Below are positions 63,803 to 64,000 of a DNA stretch of 64,000 nt, in pieces; positions within the stretch are counted from its first letter, which is position 1, and every line of letters starts with the position of its first letter. The notes beneath the pieces are model-generated. The model was not told the origin of the DNA, did not search any database, and saw nothing but the letters and a program-made list of their open reading frames with translations. The translations under genes and the position numbers were made by a program. The stretch is from Phormidesmis sp. (GTDB lineage Bacteria; Cyanobacteriota; Cyanobacteriia; Leptolyngbyales; Leptolyngbyaceae), in NCBI GenBank assembly GCA_965248535.1, contig CBDFJR010000005.1:2387867-2451866 (forward strand). Direction: 5' to 3'.

Positions 63803-64000
63803 ATGAAACGCAGCAACCAGCCAAAGGATTCAGCGGACGGTCATTGACTATCAGGGCATCCTTCATCGCATCACCAATCGAATTCGCCAATCGCTGGAAC
63901 TGCAAGAAATTCTAGACACAACGACTGAAGAAACCCGTGGGTTTCTGGGAACTGATCGCGTTAAGATTTATCGCTTTCACTCAGATGGGAGTGGTGAAGT
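63803..64000 (+). CDS. GAF-domain sensor (cyanobacteriochrome-like), 5' part; apparent frameshift after ATG 63803
   Basis: ITNRIRQSLELQEIL..LGTDRVKIYRFHSDGSGE lies in a frame offset by one base from ATG 63803. Confidence 0.7.

Overview
Cyanobacterial chromosomal window (dense HIP1 GCGATCGC sites; genes such as plmA, pstSCAB plus porin, crtH, ho1, cobW, rpoZ, proA). Two accessory systems stand out. (1) 32968-41072 is a lasso-peptide-derived RiPP cluster: RRE/B1, B2 leader peptidase, HPr-like kinase, nucleotidyltransferase, glycosyltransferase, NDP-sugar epimerase and ABC exporter. It includes an unannotated 58-aa precursor (37051-37227, minus strand) with a canonical lasso leader. Its 32-aa core has no Asp/Glu and 17 Ser/Thr, and no lasso cyclase gene is present in the window. 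This suggests a non-lasso, linear phospho/glyco-peptide pathway built from lasso machinery. (2) About 55250-59300 is an integrase-less integron cassette array: three full attC sites, one truncated attC, and four cassettes whose boundaries show the R'/R'' complementarity signature. One cassette carries an intact hicBA toxin-antitoxin pair. Smaller items: a 222-bp MITE inserted in a palindrome, a ~158-bp tandem REP-like repeat, a Pho box, an NtcA box over a DUF4278/PirA-like gene, a leader-ORF/hairpin pair, and several single-base frameshifts that may be assembly errors. All product calls come from motif recognition by eye; no database search was run.
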